From: Bryobacterales bacterium
Lineage (GTDB): Bacteria > Acidobacteriota > Terriglobia > Bryobacterales > Bryobacteraceae
Length of the DNA: 64,000 bases
Assembly (NCBI GenBank): GCA_963722575.1
Contig: CAVRNR010000003.1
Coordinates: 461,766 to 525,765 of the forward strand
Direction of reading: 5' to 3'
Positions 17,753 to 26,387 of the stretch are shown here, one piece after another (the stretch's first letter is position 1; each line of letters begins with the position of its first letter). Made by a program: the position numbers and the translations under genes. Under the pieces are notes generated by a model. That model saw only the letters and a program-made list of their open reading frames with translations, was not told the origin of the DNA and ran no database searches.

Positions 17753-18055
17753 CTATTTTTCTCCATCGGATTTCATCCACACACGCTGGATCATCCGCAT
17801 TTCGTCGATAATGCGCTCGAAGATGCGGCGCACCGCCTCTTCGGTCAGCGGCCCGCCATTGCTGGCGCCGATATTGGCGAATACCTGGTCCTCGCGTTTG
17901 GGCTCATAAATGGGCATTTGCGCCTGGCGCTTCACGCGGCCAATGTTCTCGACCACGCGCGTGCGTTCGTTGAGAAGCGCCACGATGCGGCGGTCCACGT
18001 CGTCGATGAGGACGCGGAATTCCTCCAGCTTGTGGCGGGCCTCTTCCTGGGTCAT
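17753..18055 (-). CDS. AroQ-class chorismate mutase
   Basis: 100-aa ORF. LEEFRVLIDDVDRRIVALLNERTRVVENIGRVK is the canonical AroQ helix-1 pattern. Its stop abuts the DAHP synthase start. Confidence 0.85.
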   Translation of the reverse strand: MTQEEARHKLEEFRVLIDDVDRRIVALLNERTRVVENIGRVKRQAQMPIYEPKREDQVFANIGASNGGPLTEEAVRRIFERIIDEMRMIQRVWMKSDGEK

Positions 18056-18855
18056 GTGTGCGCTCCAAAGCCGCGCTTGAGCTCGCGGACGAAGGATTCG
18101 AGTTGAATCTCGAGCGAGGTGTTGTCGAGGTTGCGCTCGATCAGCCGGACCAACGCGCTGCCCACCACCACGGCCTCCACTTGCCGGCCCAGTTCCGCCA
18201 CGTGCTCCGGCCTGGAGACGCCGAAGCCGACGGCCAGCGGCAGATCGGTGACGGCGCGCACCGCGCGGATGAGCGGGGCCACGGCGTCGGAAAGCGAATC
18301 GCGCTCGCCGGTGACCCCGGTCCGCGAAACCAAATACACAAACCCGGTGGAATACTGCGCCACCAGTTTCAAGCGGCGTTCGGTGCTGGTGGGCGCGGCC
18401 AGGAAGACCGTGTCGAGGCCGTGGCGGTGCATGGCGGCAACATAATCGGAGGCCTCTTCCACCGATGCGTCGGTGAGCAGGCAGCCATCCATGCCGGCGG
18501 CGGCGGCGTCCCGCGCCAGGCGTTCGAGTCCGTAGCGGATCACCGGGTTGAGGTAAGTGAAGAGCAGCAGCGGGATTTCGGACCGCTCGCGAATGCGGGC
18601 GGCGATCGCGAGCACGGTCTTCAGCGAAGTGCCGGCTTTGATCGCGCGCTCGCCGGCCCGCTGGATAACCGGGCCGTCCGCGATGGGATCGGAAAACGGC
18701 ACTCCCAGCTCGATGAGATCGGCGCCGCCGCGCTCCAGTGCCTCCGCCAGCGCGGGGGTGCGGTCCGGCGTGGGGTCGCCGGCCGTGATGTAGGCGATGA
18801 GGCCTTTGCGGCCGTCCCGCTTCAAAGCGTCGAACATGCGCCCGATGCGCGTCAT
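18052..18855 (-). CDS. trpA: Tryptophan synthase alpha chain
   Basis: This is the C-terminal 267 aa of track ORF 18052..19770, starting at the ATG at 18853-18855. The product reads [28 protein letters not shown]...[21 protein letters not shown] overlaps occur with the trpB stop and with the chorismate mutase start. Confidence 0.95.
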   Translation of the reverse strand: MTRIGRMFDALKRDGRKGLIAYITAGDPTPDRTPALAEALERGGADLIELGVPFSDPIADGPVIQRAGERAIKAGTSLKTVLAIAARIRERSEIPLLLFTYLNPVIRYGLERLARDAAAAGMDGCLLTDASVEEASDYVAAMHRHGLDTVFLAAPTSTERRLKLVAQYSTGFVYLVSRTGVTGERDSLSDAVAPLIRAVRAVTDLPLAVGFGVSRPEHVAELGRQVEAVVVGSALVRLIERNLDNTSLEIQLESFVRELKRGFGAHT

Positions 18856-20048
18856 GGCTCGTCGAGTTCCTTGAAATTCTCGCGGTAGATATCGATGTCC
18901 TTGTCGCCGCGGCCGGAGACGTTCACCAGGAAGACTTTCCCTTTGCCGGCGGGGGCGCGTTTCACCGCCTCGGCGACGGCATGCGCCGATTCGAGCGCCG
19001 GAATGATGCCTTCCGTGCGCGAGAGCAGGCGCGCCGCTTCCAGAGCTTCCGCATCGGAAACGGCGGTGTACCGGGCGCGCTTTTGGTCGTGCAGCCAGGC
19101 GTGCTCGGGGCCGATCATGGCGTAATCCAGGCCCGCGGAAACGGAATGGGTGAGCGCGATCTGGCCGTCGCCGTCCTGCAACACGTAGCTGTAGGCGCCT
19201 TGCAGCACGCCGGGCGCTCCGCCGCGAAAACGCGCGGCGTGGTCTCCCATGGCGTCGCCGCGGCCGCCGGCTTCGATGCCGATTAGTTCCACGGAATCGT
19301 CCGGCAGAAAGGCGTGGAAGATGCCGATGGCGTTCGAGCCGCCGCCCACGCAGGCGAAGATGGCGTCGGGCAGCCGGCCTTCGGATTCCAGAATCTGGCG
19401 GCGCGCTTCCTCGCCGATGATCTTCTGGAAATCGCGCACCATCATGGGGTAGGGATGCGCGCCCAGCGCCGAGCCCAGCAGGTAATACGTGCCGGCGACG
19501 TTCGAGACCCAGTCGCGCATGGCTTCGCTGATGGCGTCCTTGAGCGTGCGGCTGCCGCTCGAGACGCCCACCACCCGCGCGCCGAGCAGCCGCATGCGGA
19601 AGACGTTGAGGCGCTGGCGCCGCATGTCCTCCTCGCCCATGTACACCACGCATTCGAAGCCCAGCAGCGCGCAGACGGTGGCGGTGGCCACGCCGTGCTG
19701 GCCCGCGCCGGTCTCCGCGATGATGCGGCGTTTGCCCATGCGCCGCGCCACCAGCGCCTGGCCCAGACAATTGTTGATTTTGTGCGCGCCGGTATGCAGC
19801 AGGTCTTCGCGCTTCAGCCAGAGGCGCGCGCCGCCCAGGGTATCGCTGAGCCGTTTGGCGAAATAAAGCGGCGTGGGACGGCCGGCGTAGGTCCGCAACA
19901 GCTCGGCCAGCTCAAGCTGAAACGCGGCGTCGTCGCGCGCGGCCAGGTAGGCTTGCTCCAGCTCCTCGATGGGCGCCATCAGGACCTCGGGCACGTAGCG
20001 CCCTCCGTAGGGCCCGAAATGTCCGCCGCCGTCGGGTTGCGGAGTCAT
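18852..20048 (-). CDS. trpB: Tryptophan synthase beta chain
   Basis: 398-aa ORF with [16 protein letters not shown] (PLP lysine), [10 protein letters not shown] and GGGSNAIG. Confidence 0.95.
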   Translation of the reverse strand: MTPQPDGGGHFGPYGGRYVPEVLMAPIEELEQAYLAARDDAAFQLELAELLRTYAGRPTPLYFAKRLSDTLGGARLWLKREDLLHTGAHKINNCLGQALVARRMGKRRIIAETGAGQHGVATATVCALLGFECVVYMGEEDMRRQRLNVFRMRLLGARVVGVSSGSRTLKDAISEAMRDWVSNVAGTYYLLGSALGAHPYPMMVRDFQKIIGEEARRQILESEGRLPDAIFACVGGGSNAIGIFHAFLPDDSVELIGIEAGGRGDAMGDHAARFRGGAPGVLQGAYSYVLQDGDGQIALTHSVSAGLDYAMIGPEHAWLHDQKRARYTAVSDAEALEAARLLSRTEGIIPALESAHAVAEAVKRAPAGKGKVFLVNVSGRGDKDIDIYRENFKELDEP

Positions 20049-20629
20049 CGGCCGAGCGCCGCCTTGGCCGCTTCCAGAAATTCGTTCATTTTCCGATGGT
20101 CTTTCTTGCCCGGCGCGCTTTCGATGCGCGAGCAGGCATCCACGCCCCAGGCGTGGGCCAGCGCCACGGCCTCGGCGACGTTGGAGGCATCCAGGCCTCC
20201 GGCCAGAATGACCGGCTTGGGAGCCTCGGCCGCCAGCCGCCAGTCGAAGGCCACGCCGGAAGCCGGACCATCCAGCAGCAAAGCTTCAGCCGGGCAATCG
20301 CGGAACCGCGAAAGGTCGCAGACTTTTCCCACGCGCACGGCTTTCCATACCGCCAGCGATGCGGGGTAATCCGCCGGCGTCTCGCCGCCGTGCAGTTGCG
20401 CCACGTCCAGCCCCGCGATGCGGGCGATTTCCTCGACGCGTTCGCGCGCTTCGTCGACGAACACGCCGACGCGCCGCACTCCCGGCGCCGATTGAATCGC
20501 GGCCGCGCGCTCCGGCGCCAGGTAGCGCGGGCTGCGCCGGTAGAAATTGAAACCGATGGCCGTGGCGCCGCCCGCGATGGCCGCGCTGGCGTCCTCCTGG
20601 TTGGTGATGCCGCAGATCTTGAGAATCAT
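20045..20629 (-). CDS. trpF: Phosphoribosylanthranilate isomerase
   Basis: 194-aa ORF beginning [14 protein letters not shown], with a (beta/alpha)8 TrpF pattern. It overlaps trpB and trpC by 4 nt each. Confidence 0.9.
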   Translation of the reverse strand: MILKICGITNQEDASAAIAGGATAIGFNFYRRSPRYLAPERAAAIQSAPGVRRVGVFVDEARERVEEIARIAGLDVAQLHGGETPADYPASLAVWKAVRVGKVCDLSRFRDCPAEALLLDGPASGVAFDWRLAAEAPKPVILAGGLDASNVAEAVALAHAWGVDACSRIESAPGKKDHRKMNEFLEAAKAALGR

Positions 20630-21414
20630 GCCGCCACCAGCTTCTTCAGGGCGGCTGCTGGGTCGCCCGATTTCATGAGATGCTCGCCCACCAGAAAGGC
20701 GGTGTAACCCGCCTCGCGCAGCGCGGCGATATCGCGCGCGTCGTGGATGCCGCTTTCGCTGACGCGCAGCACGCCGCCGGGAATGTGCTCCGCGAGCCGC
20801 AACGACGTTTTGAGAGCGGCCTCGAAGGTGGTCAAATCCCGATTGTTTACTCCGATGATGTCGCTGCCGGCGGCAATGGCGGCATCCAGTTCGTGGCGGT
20901 TGTGCACTTCCACCAGCGCGGCCATCCGGTAGCGCGCGGCCGCTTCACGGAAGGCGCGGAGTTCGCGCTCGGTGAGAATGGCGGCGATGAGCAGAATGGC
21001 GTCGGCGCCGTGGGCCGCGGCTTCGACAATCTGCGCTCGGGCGATGGTGAAATCCTTGCGCAGAACGGGAAGCGAGACGGCCGCGCGGGCGCTTTCCAGA
21101 TCGCCGAGGCTCCCCTGGAAGAAGGTTTCATCGGTGAGCACGGAAAGGGCCGCGGCGCCCCCGCTCTCGTATGCCGTGGCGATGCGCGCCGCGTCGAAAT
21201 CCGCCGAGAGCAGGCCTTTGCTGGGCGAAGCCCGCTTGATTTCCGCGATGATGGCCGGCGTGCGCGCGCCCAGGGCCGCGCGAAAATCGCGGCGCGCGCC
21301 GAGACGCAGTTCGGCCTCGGCCTCCCACTGGTCGAGCCGTGGGACGCCGCGGGCCAACTCTTCGCGCTTCCTGGCGACAATTCGGGCCAGAATGTCTGGA
21401 ACGGTGCCGGTCAA
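20626..21414 (-). CDS. trpC: Indole-3-glycerol phosphate synthase
   Basis: 262-aa ORF with IIAEIKRASPSKG, LSVLTDETFFQGS and LRKDFI-like motifs (here LRKDFTI). Confidence 0.9.
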   Translation of the reverse strand: MTGTVPDILARIVARKREELARGVPRLDQWEAEAELRLGARRDFRAALGARTPAIIAEIKRASPSKGLLSADFDAARIATAYESGGAAALSVLTDETFFQGSLGDLESARAAVSLPVLRKDFTIARAQIVEAAAHGADAILLIAAILTERELRAFREAAARYRMAALVEVHNRHELDAAIAAGSDIIGVNNRDLTTFEAALKTSLRLAEHIPGGVLRVSESGIHDARDIAALREAGYTAFLVGEHLMKSGDPAAALKKLVAA

Positions 21415-21451
21415 GGGTGATTCTTAATGGTATCAGACGCCGCGCCGGGCG

Positions 21452-21646
21452 CTATTGCTGGCGGTCTTCGAGGTTGTCGATGCGCTGCTCGTGAGCGATG
21501 ATGATGTTGGCCAGGCGGGTCATGGTCTCCGTGAGTTCGGCCATGCGCTCATCGTTCTTGATCTGGGCGGCGGCGATGAGTTCCATGGTCCGGGTGAGGG
21601 CTTCGTGGCGCTCGGTGAGCCTCTCGAGGCGTTCGTCGATGGTCAT
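21452..21646 (-). CDS. Small coiled-coil protein (64 aa), family member 1
   Basis: The product is MTIDERLERLTERHEALTRTMELIAAAQIKNDERMAELTETMTRLANIIIAHEQRIDNLEDRQQ, with a heptad-like pattern. A paralog lies at 62605..62775. Confidence 0.55.
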   Translation of the reverse strand: MTIDERLERLTERHEALTRTMELIAAAQIKNDERMAELTETMTRLANIIIAHEQRIDNLEDRQQ

Positions 21647-21678
21647 GGGAGGGCGGCGTCTCCTCTCTTCATGTCACT

Positions 21679-22125
21679 TCAGTGGCCCGCGGCGTGGGGC
21701 CTCGAATCGGGATAGACAGTGAGACCGCAGGCCCGCGCGGCATCGGCGAGTTGGCGGTCGTGTGTGAGAAAGACGATGTCCTTGCCGTTGTATTCGGACC
21801 AGATCACCGCCGTGACCAGATGGATGGCGTCGAGGGTCTTGAGAGAGCCGCCAAGCGGACCACCCGCCCGGTTCAGGATGATTTTCGAAAGTGGAACCCG
21901 GTCCACTGCGGCCAGGAAAGTGTGCAACTCGGCGGAGCGCAGGGCGAGATTCGGCTCGGAGAGTGCCCGGATGGCACAAAGACGATGCAAAGTCCGCCGG
22001 GCTTCGACTTCCAGCAGTTCGCTCGCGACCAGACCCCATTGCGATAAGCCCGGCAGAGCGTCCGGTTGGCGAAGCAGGCTGCGCAGCAGGACGGAGGAGT
22101 CTAGGTAAGCTCTCCGGCGATCCAT
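21679..22125 (-). CDS. vapC: PIN-domain toxin (VapC family)
   Basis: 148-aa ORF. YLDSSVLLRSLL carries the first Asp, SELLEVEARR the Glu, and TLDAIHLVTA and THDRQL the later acidic positions. It overlaps the upstream antitoxin by 25 nt. Confidence 0.8.
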   Translation of the reverse strand: MDRRRAYLDSSVLLRSLLRQPDALPGLSQWGLVASELLEVEARRTLHRLCAIRALSEPNLALRSAELHTFLAAVDRVPLSKIILNRAGGPLGGSLKTLDAIHLVTAVIWSEYNGKDIVFLTHDRQLADAARACGLTVYPDSRPHAAGH

Positions 22126-22403
22126 TTGTCGAACACGTCCTTCCTGGTGTCCGCGAGAATCTCGTCTAGCAGCCCGGGCGGCAAGACCGGGCTGCCCGGG
22201 CTTGCCGCCAGCATGCGCTCAACTTCCGCCATCGAGCGCGTGGCGGGGATCACACGCAGAAAGTTGTGCGCAGGCTCCAGGGGCGCCAGCTTCGCCACGG
22301 GCATCTCGCGATCCTTAATGACGACTTCCTTGCCCTTCTGCGCCGCGCGAACATACTCGCTCAGGTGGGCTTTCAATTCGGCGATACCGACCTTCGACTT
22401 CAT
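22101..22403 (-). CDS. Phd/YefM-type antitoxin
   Basis: 100-aa ORF. The N-terminus VGIAELKAHLSEYVRAAQKGKEVVIKDREMPVAKLAPL is the Phd/YefM pattern. Confidence 0.75.
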   Translation of the reverse strand: MKSKVGIAELKAHLSEYVRAAQKGKEVVIKDREMPVAKLAPLEPAHNFLRVIPATRSMAEVERMLAASPGSPVLPPGLLDEILADTRKDVFDKWIAGELT

Positions 22404-22429
22404 ACCCCATTATGACCACTTCTGGTCAC

Positions 22430-23533
22430 TTAGGGCAACCGGCCTGGCGCACGGGCCGCCGGGAGCGGGAGCACATCGGGGGTCAGGATGCGCGCGTCCA
22501 TCCAGCCGGCCTCGCGGAACGCGCGCGGCGACGGCGTGAAGACGATCTTGTAGCTGGTGTCGTCCAGCGGCGCTTCCGGAGCATTGGCGCCTCGCGGGTA
22601 GACCAGGGCCAGGTACTTCAAGATCGCGTAGATGTCGCCGTCCTCGGGCTGCCGGAAGTCGAAGCCCTGCGCGCGGAAGTGAATGGCCGCGCCCAGGCTC
22701 GAAAGGCGCCACGCCAGGAACGCGCAGCAATCGATGGCGTGCTCGAACCAGGCGTCGAGCGCGGGCGGGATGTCGCGATCCAGGAATATCTCCACGGTCT
22801 GCTCCTGCTCGCGCGCGAATTCGCGGACCTGCAGGGCGCCGGTGTGGGCCGAGGCTTTCCAATCCACGTGGCGGGCGCTCTCGAACGCCTCGTAAGGCCG
22901 GATGCGGTAAAAGTCCTTGCCCAGGCCGCGGTAGTGCGTTTCGATTTCTCCGGCGATGCCGGCCAGCAGGTCGTCGAAGCCCGGCTGCGGGTCGATGGAA
23001 GGGTAGATCAGCGTTTCGTGGCGTAAGGTGACGCGCGCGGATTTTTCGAGGAAGCCGAAGGGGGAAGAAGTCGAGAACGCGAAGCTGTTCTGGCGGTAGG
23101 CGCCGCGCTTGGGGAAGCGCACTTCGACCGTCTCTTCGAGCGTGGCGCCGCTGGCGATCAGCGGAAAATACACCGATTTCAAAGTGGGGCCGGCGGGGTC
23201 TCGAACGCCTTCCACCCGAATGGAAAACGAGGGCATGAACCACTTCTGGTTGCGCACGAAGAGCTTGCCGGGAACCGTGCGCCCGGCGGGGACGTGCTCG
23301 GGCACCAGGAAGTCCAACTGAAGCGCCGCCAGACAGAGGCGGCTCACCAGTCCTGAGACCAGCAGCGTGGCCAGCATGGCGGCCGTGATGAGGAACAGCA
23401 GGTTATTGGCGGAAATGACGGCGCCCAAGCCGGCCACCAGCGTGGCAAAGACGAACAGCAGGCCGGCGCGCGTGATCTTGTACCGGATGCGGCGGTCCAG
23501 GAAGAGGCGGAAGTGGTCCCAGAACTGGAGCAC
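22430..23533 (-). CDS. DUF58 domain-containing membrane protein (MoxR-associated family), orphan here
   Basis: 367-aa ORF with two N-terminal TM helices (ITRAGLLFVFATLVAGLGAVISANNLLFLITAAMLATLLVSGLV). It also has the DUF58 core pattern (YRIRPYEAFESARHVDWKASA). No MoxR ATPase or VWA gene is adjacent. Confidence 0.75.
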   Translation of the reverse strand: MLQFWDHFRLFLDRRIRYKITRAGLLFVFATLVAGLGAVISANNLLFLITAAMLATLLVSGLVSRLCLAALQLDFLVPEHVPAGRTVPGKLFVRNQKWFMPSFSIRVEGVRDPAGPTLKSVYFPLIASGATLEETVEVRFPKRGAYRQNSFAFSTSSPFGFLEKSARVTLRHETLIYPSIDPQPGFDDLLAGIAGEIETHYRGLGKDFYRIRPYEAFESARHVDWKASAHTGALQVREFAREQEQTVEIFLDRDIPPALDAWFEHAIDCCAFLAWRLSSLGAAIHFRAQGFDFRQPEDGDIYAILKYLALVYPRGANAPEAPLDDTSYKIVFTPSPRAFREAGWMDARILTPDVLPLPAARAPGRLP

Positions 23534-23640
23534 GGGTCGATTCGATTGTACCGCCTCACCCCGTCAGTCGGTCATAATGGATGTAACCGGTGGGAAGTGT
23601 CGGGCAGTCTATTCTGTAGCACCATCGGCCGGGCCGTGCC

Positions 23641-24159
23641 ATGCCGTTCAGGGTTCAGGGAAGTATTGGAGGTTGGCGATTCGCGTATCTGCCGCTACTG
23701 CTCTCCGCGTTCGCCGTGGCGGCCGATCCGCCGCTCGTCCCGCTCACGGTCTGCGAGGTGCTGCACAATCTGGCATCCAACGATGGCAAGCCCGTCGCCG
23801 TGCTCGGCCGGTACTCCTTCCGCGAAAACGGCCGCTGGATGGGCGCACAGGTCTGCGATGCCGGCTCGCCGGGCCCAGCGGGCGCCCCGCCGCTGCTCTG
23901 GCTCGTCGAGGATTCCAACGACGGCCCCAAACCGCCCGGCGATTTCGAGCTCGACGCGGTGGCGCTCAACCGCAAGCTTGCCATCATGCAGCAGCACACA
24001 TCGCTCGGCAAGTTCCGCTTCGGCACTCCCGACTACGACCGTTGGGCGGTGGTTTATGGCCGCGTGGAAACGCGCAAGGCCGAATCCGCCAAGCAGGCCC
24101 CCGCGAACCTGGTCTTCCGCGGCAGCGGCGTGGTGGTGTTCCTGGCGCTTCAGCAGTAA
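23641..24159 (+). CDS. Hypothetical secreted protein
   Basis: 172-aa ORF with a signal-like segment (FAYLPLLLSAFAVAADP). I recognise no family. Confidence 0.5.
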   Translation: MPFRVQGSIGGWRFAYLPLLLSAFAVAADPPLVPLTVCEVLHNLASNDGKPVAVLGRYSFRENGRWMGAQVCDAGSPGPAGAPPLLWLVEDSNDGPKPPGDFELDAVALNRKLAIMQQHTSLGKFRFGTPDYDRWAVVYGRVETRKAESAKQAPANLVFRGSGVVVFLALQQ

Positions 24160-24174
24160 CTACTTTCCAGGACT

Positions 24175-24345
24175 CTAGCTCTCCTGGCAAGCCGTCAGAA
24201 TCCTGAGTAGCTGGTCCACCTCTTGGCGGCTCAGCACGCCTGTCAGGCAGAAGCGGGCATTACGCCTCTCGAGGTGGACCTTGTCGAACACCATCACAAA
24301 ACCCATCATGAAAACGATCGAAAGCAATGCAAAGTATTGTGACAT
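24175..24345 (-). CDS. Possible 56-aa membrane-anchored small protein (not in the ORF track)
   Basis: My translation is MSQYFALLSIVFMMGFVMVFDKVHLERRNARFCLTGVLSRQEVDQLLRILTACQES. It has an N-terminal hydrophobic helix, and the N-terminal codons are AT-rich, unlike neighbouring genes. The SD is weak. This call is speculative. Confidence 0.25.
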   Translation of the reverse strand: MSQYFALLSIVFMMGFVMVFDKVHLERRNARFCLTGVLSRQEVDQLLRILTACQES

Positions 24346-24855
24346 AATCTTTCTCGCTGCTCGCCTCCGCGCGGGCCGCGCAGGCCCCGCGGATCAGTCT
24401 TGCTACATCGCCGCCGACACCGCCGGCTCCGATAGGTGCGCGGCTGTACCAGGAATGTATCGTTTGCAGTATGGCCTGGGCTGGGCGCTGGATAAAGGTC
24501 TACAAGTACGGTGGTGGTACGTGATAGGTACCGGCGCCTAACTCAAGTTAGCCCGGAACGTGCCCGAGTCGGGTACTGGGTCGGCATCGGGCCCGGCCAC
24601 CTATCGCCCTCGCCCCGCTTCTTGCCGCTCTGCGGATAGGTCGTGAACGATCCGCTCCCGGGCGGCCGCTCGCAAGCCCTACCGCGCTGTGAATCTGCTT
24701 CCTCGTTTGCCGCCAATGCGCGGCGAACTGCCAACCCGATCCGGGATAAATTTCAAAACGGGTTGGCGGCCGGCTTCCTGGCCGGGTATCGAAAACCGGG
24801 TGTCCCCGCAAACCATGTCGCCATGGCTTATCATTATCTCTAGCCCAAGGTCCAA

Positions 24856-25236
24856 ATGTTGCACCTCATCGTGAGCTGGTTCGTAAGCGCCCTGGCGCTC
24901 TGGCTGGTGGCGCAGATCATCCCGGGGATCAAAGTCCGCGACTTCGGCGCGGCGCTGATCGCCACTATCGTGATCGCCATCGTCAATGCCACCATCGGGC
25001 CGGTGCTCAGGTTTCTGACCTTTCCCCTTACGTTTTTGACGCTGGGGCTCTTCCTGCTGGTGGTGAATGCCTTTCTGCTGAAGCTCGCTTCGCTCGTTAC
25101 GCCGGGCTTCGCGGTCTACGGCTTTTGGTCCGCCGTGGCGGGGTCGCTGGTGCTGACCATCCTCACCGCCATTCTGCGTCACATCGTGTTGCTGCCCGGG
25201 CATCAGTGGACTCATTCCCTATGGAACACATGGTAG
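24856..25236 (+). CDS. DUF360 / 'phage holin family 4'-type 4-TM membrane protein
   Basis: 126-aa ORF. The segment LALWLVAQIIPGIKVRDFGAALIATIVIAIVNATIGPVLRFLTFPLTFLTLGLFLLVVNAFLL matches the PF04020-type pattern. Confidence 0.7.
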   Translation: MLHLIVSWFVSALALWLVAQIIPGIKVRDFGAALIATIVIAIVNATIGPVLRFLTFPLTFLTLGLFLLVVNAFLLKLASLVTPGFAVYGFWSAVAGSLVLTILTAILRHIVLLPGHQWTHSLWNTW

Positions 25237-26387
25237 AAGCGCTCGCGCCCACCACCGCCGCGGAACTCGCGGAGGCGCTCCGCGATGCCGCCGCGCGCGG
25301 GCGCACCATCGCGCTTGCCGGGAATTCCAGCAAGCGGCGGATGGCCGGGCCAATCGAGCCCGCCGATGCCGCCATCGACACCTCCGCGCTGCGGCGCGTC
25401 ATCGAATACGAGCCGCGCGACCTCACCATCGGCGTGGAAGCCGGCCTGCCGTGGAGCGATCTCACTGCCATTCTGGCCGCCAACCGCCAGATGATTCCGC
25501 TGGACCCCCCATTTGGCGACCGCGCCACCGTGGGTGGCGTCGTGGCCTCCAACTCCAGCGGCCCGCGGCGGCTGCTCTACGGCACCGCGCGCGACCTGGT
25601 GATCGGGATGCGGTTCGCCACCCTCGAAGGCAAGCTGGTGCAATCCGGCGGCATGGTGGTCAAGAACGTCGCCGGGCTGGATATGGCCAAGCTCATGATC
25701 GGATCGTTCGGCACGCTGGCCGCCATCGCCGCGGTCAATTTCAAACTCCAGCCGGCGCCGGAGTCCGAGCGCAGTTTTCTGCTCCCGTTCGATTCGCTCC
25801 CGGACGCCTTGGCCGCCAGCAGCCGGATTCTCGCCAGCGTGCTCCAGCCGGCCGCCGTCGATCTTCTGAACCCGGCGGCCGGGATGGCCTTCGGGCATCG
25901 CGCCTGGCTCCTGGCCGTTCGCGCCGGGGGCAGCGCGGCCTCTGTCAATCGCTACCATTACGAGTTGGCGCACATCGCCGGCCGCCTGGCGGTCGAAAAC
26001 CCCTGCCCGGAGACCCTCTGGCGGGACGTCGAGAGCTTCACACCTCGTTTCCTCGACCGGCACGCCGGCGGCGCGGTGGTGCGCGCTTCGTGTACGCTGA
26101 AAGAGCTGGAAGGCGTCCTCGCATCGTTCGAAGGTCCGGCGCTGGCGCGCGCTGGTTCGGGAGTCTGTTACGGCTACTTCGAACAGTCGGAGGGAGCCGC
26201 AAGCTGGCTTTCAGCCGCCGCCGGGCGCGGATGGAAAACCGTCATCGAGTTTGCGCCGGAAGAGCGCAAGCATGCGCTTGAATTATGGCCGTCTCCGGGC
26301 GGCGATTTGGAAATCATGCGGCGCGTCAAGCTCCTGTTTGACCCCGCCAACCTTTTGAACCGTGGCCGACTGTATCGCCGTATCTGA
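25221..26387 (+). CDS. glcE: FAD-binding PCMH-type oxidoreductase, glycolate oxidase subunit GlcE-like
   Basis: The start is the internal ATG at 25221 of track ORF 25125..26387. The product reads MEHMVEALAPTTAAELAEALRDAAARGRTIALAGNSSK...VKNVAGLDMAKLMIGSFGTL. It is followed directly by a GlcF-type gene. Confidence 0.75.
   Translation: MEHMVEALAPTTAAELAEALRDAAARGRTIALAGNSSKRRMAGPIEPADAAIDTSALRRVIEYEPRDLTIGVEAGLPWSDLTAILAANRQMIPLDPPFGDRATVGGVVASNSSGPRRLLYGTARDLVIGMRFATLEGKLVQSGGMVVKNVAGLDMAKLMIGSFGTLAAIAAVNFKLQPAPESERSFLLPFDSLPDALAASSRILASVLQPAAVDLLNPAAGMAFGHRAWLLAVRAGGSAASVNRYHYELAHIAGRLAVENPCPETLWRDVESFTPRFLDRHAGGAVVRASCTLKELEGVLASFEGPALARAGSGVCYGYFEQSEGAASWLSAAAGRGWKTVIEFAPEERKHALELWPSPGGDLEIMRRVKLLFDPANLLNRGRLYRRI

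Noticed and set aside
18856-19770. The N-terminal 305 codons of track ORF 18052..19770, which would extend trpA.
   Set aside because: This part is out of frame over trpB and Arg/Gly/Pro-rich. TrpA homology begins exactly at the ATG at 18853-18855, which forms an ATGA overlap with the trpB stop.
24350-24850. I checked the 510-nt gap by eye for SRP RNA, RNase P, tmRNA, cobalamin, c-di-GMP-I and guanidine riboswitch signatures.
   Set aside because: Only short partial resemblances occur (GGAAGCAG, CGCAAACC, GGGATAAA). None has the flanking conserved elements. The region is kept as an unexplained gap, not as a named RNA.
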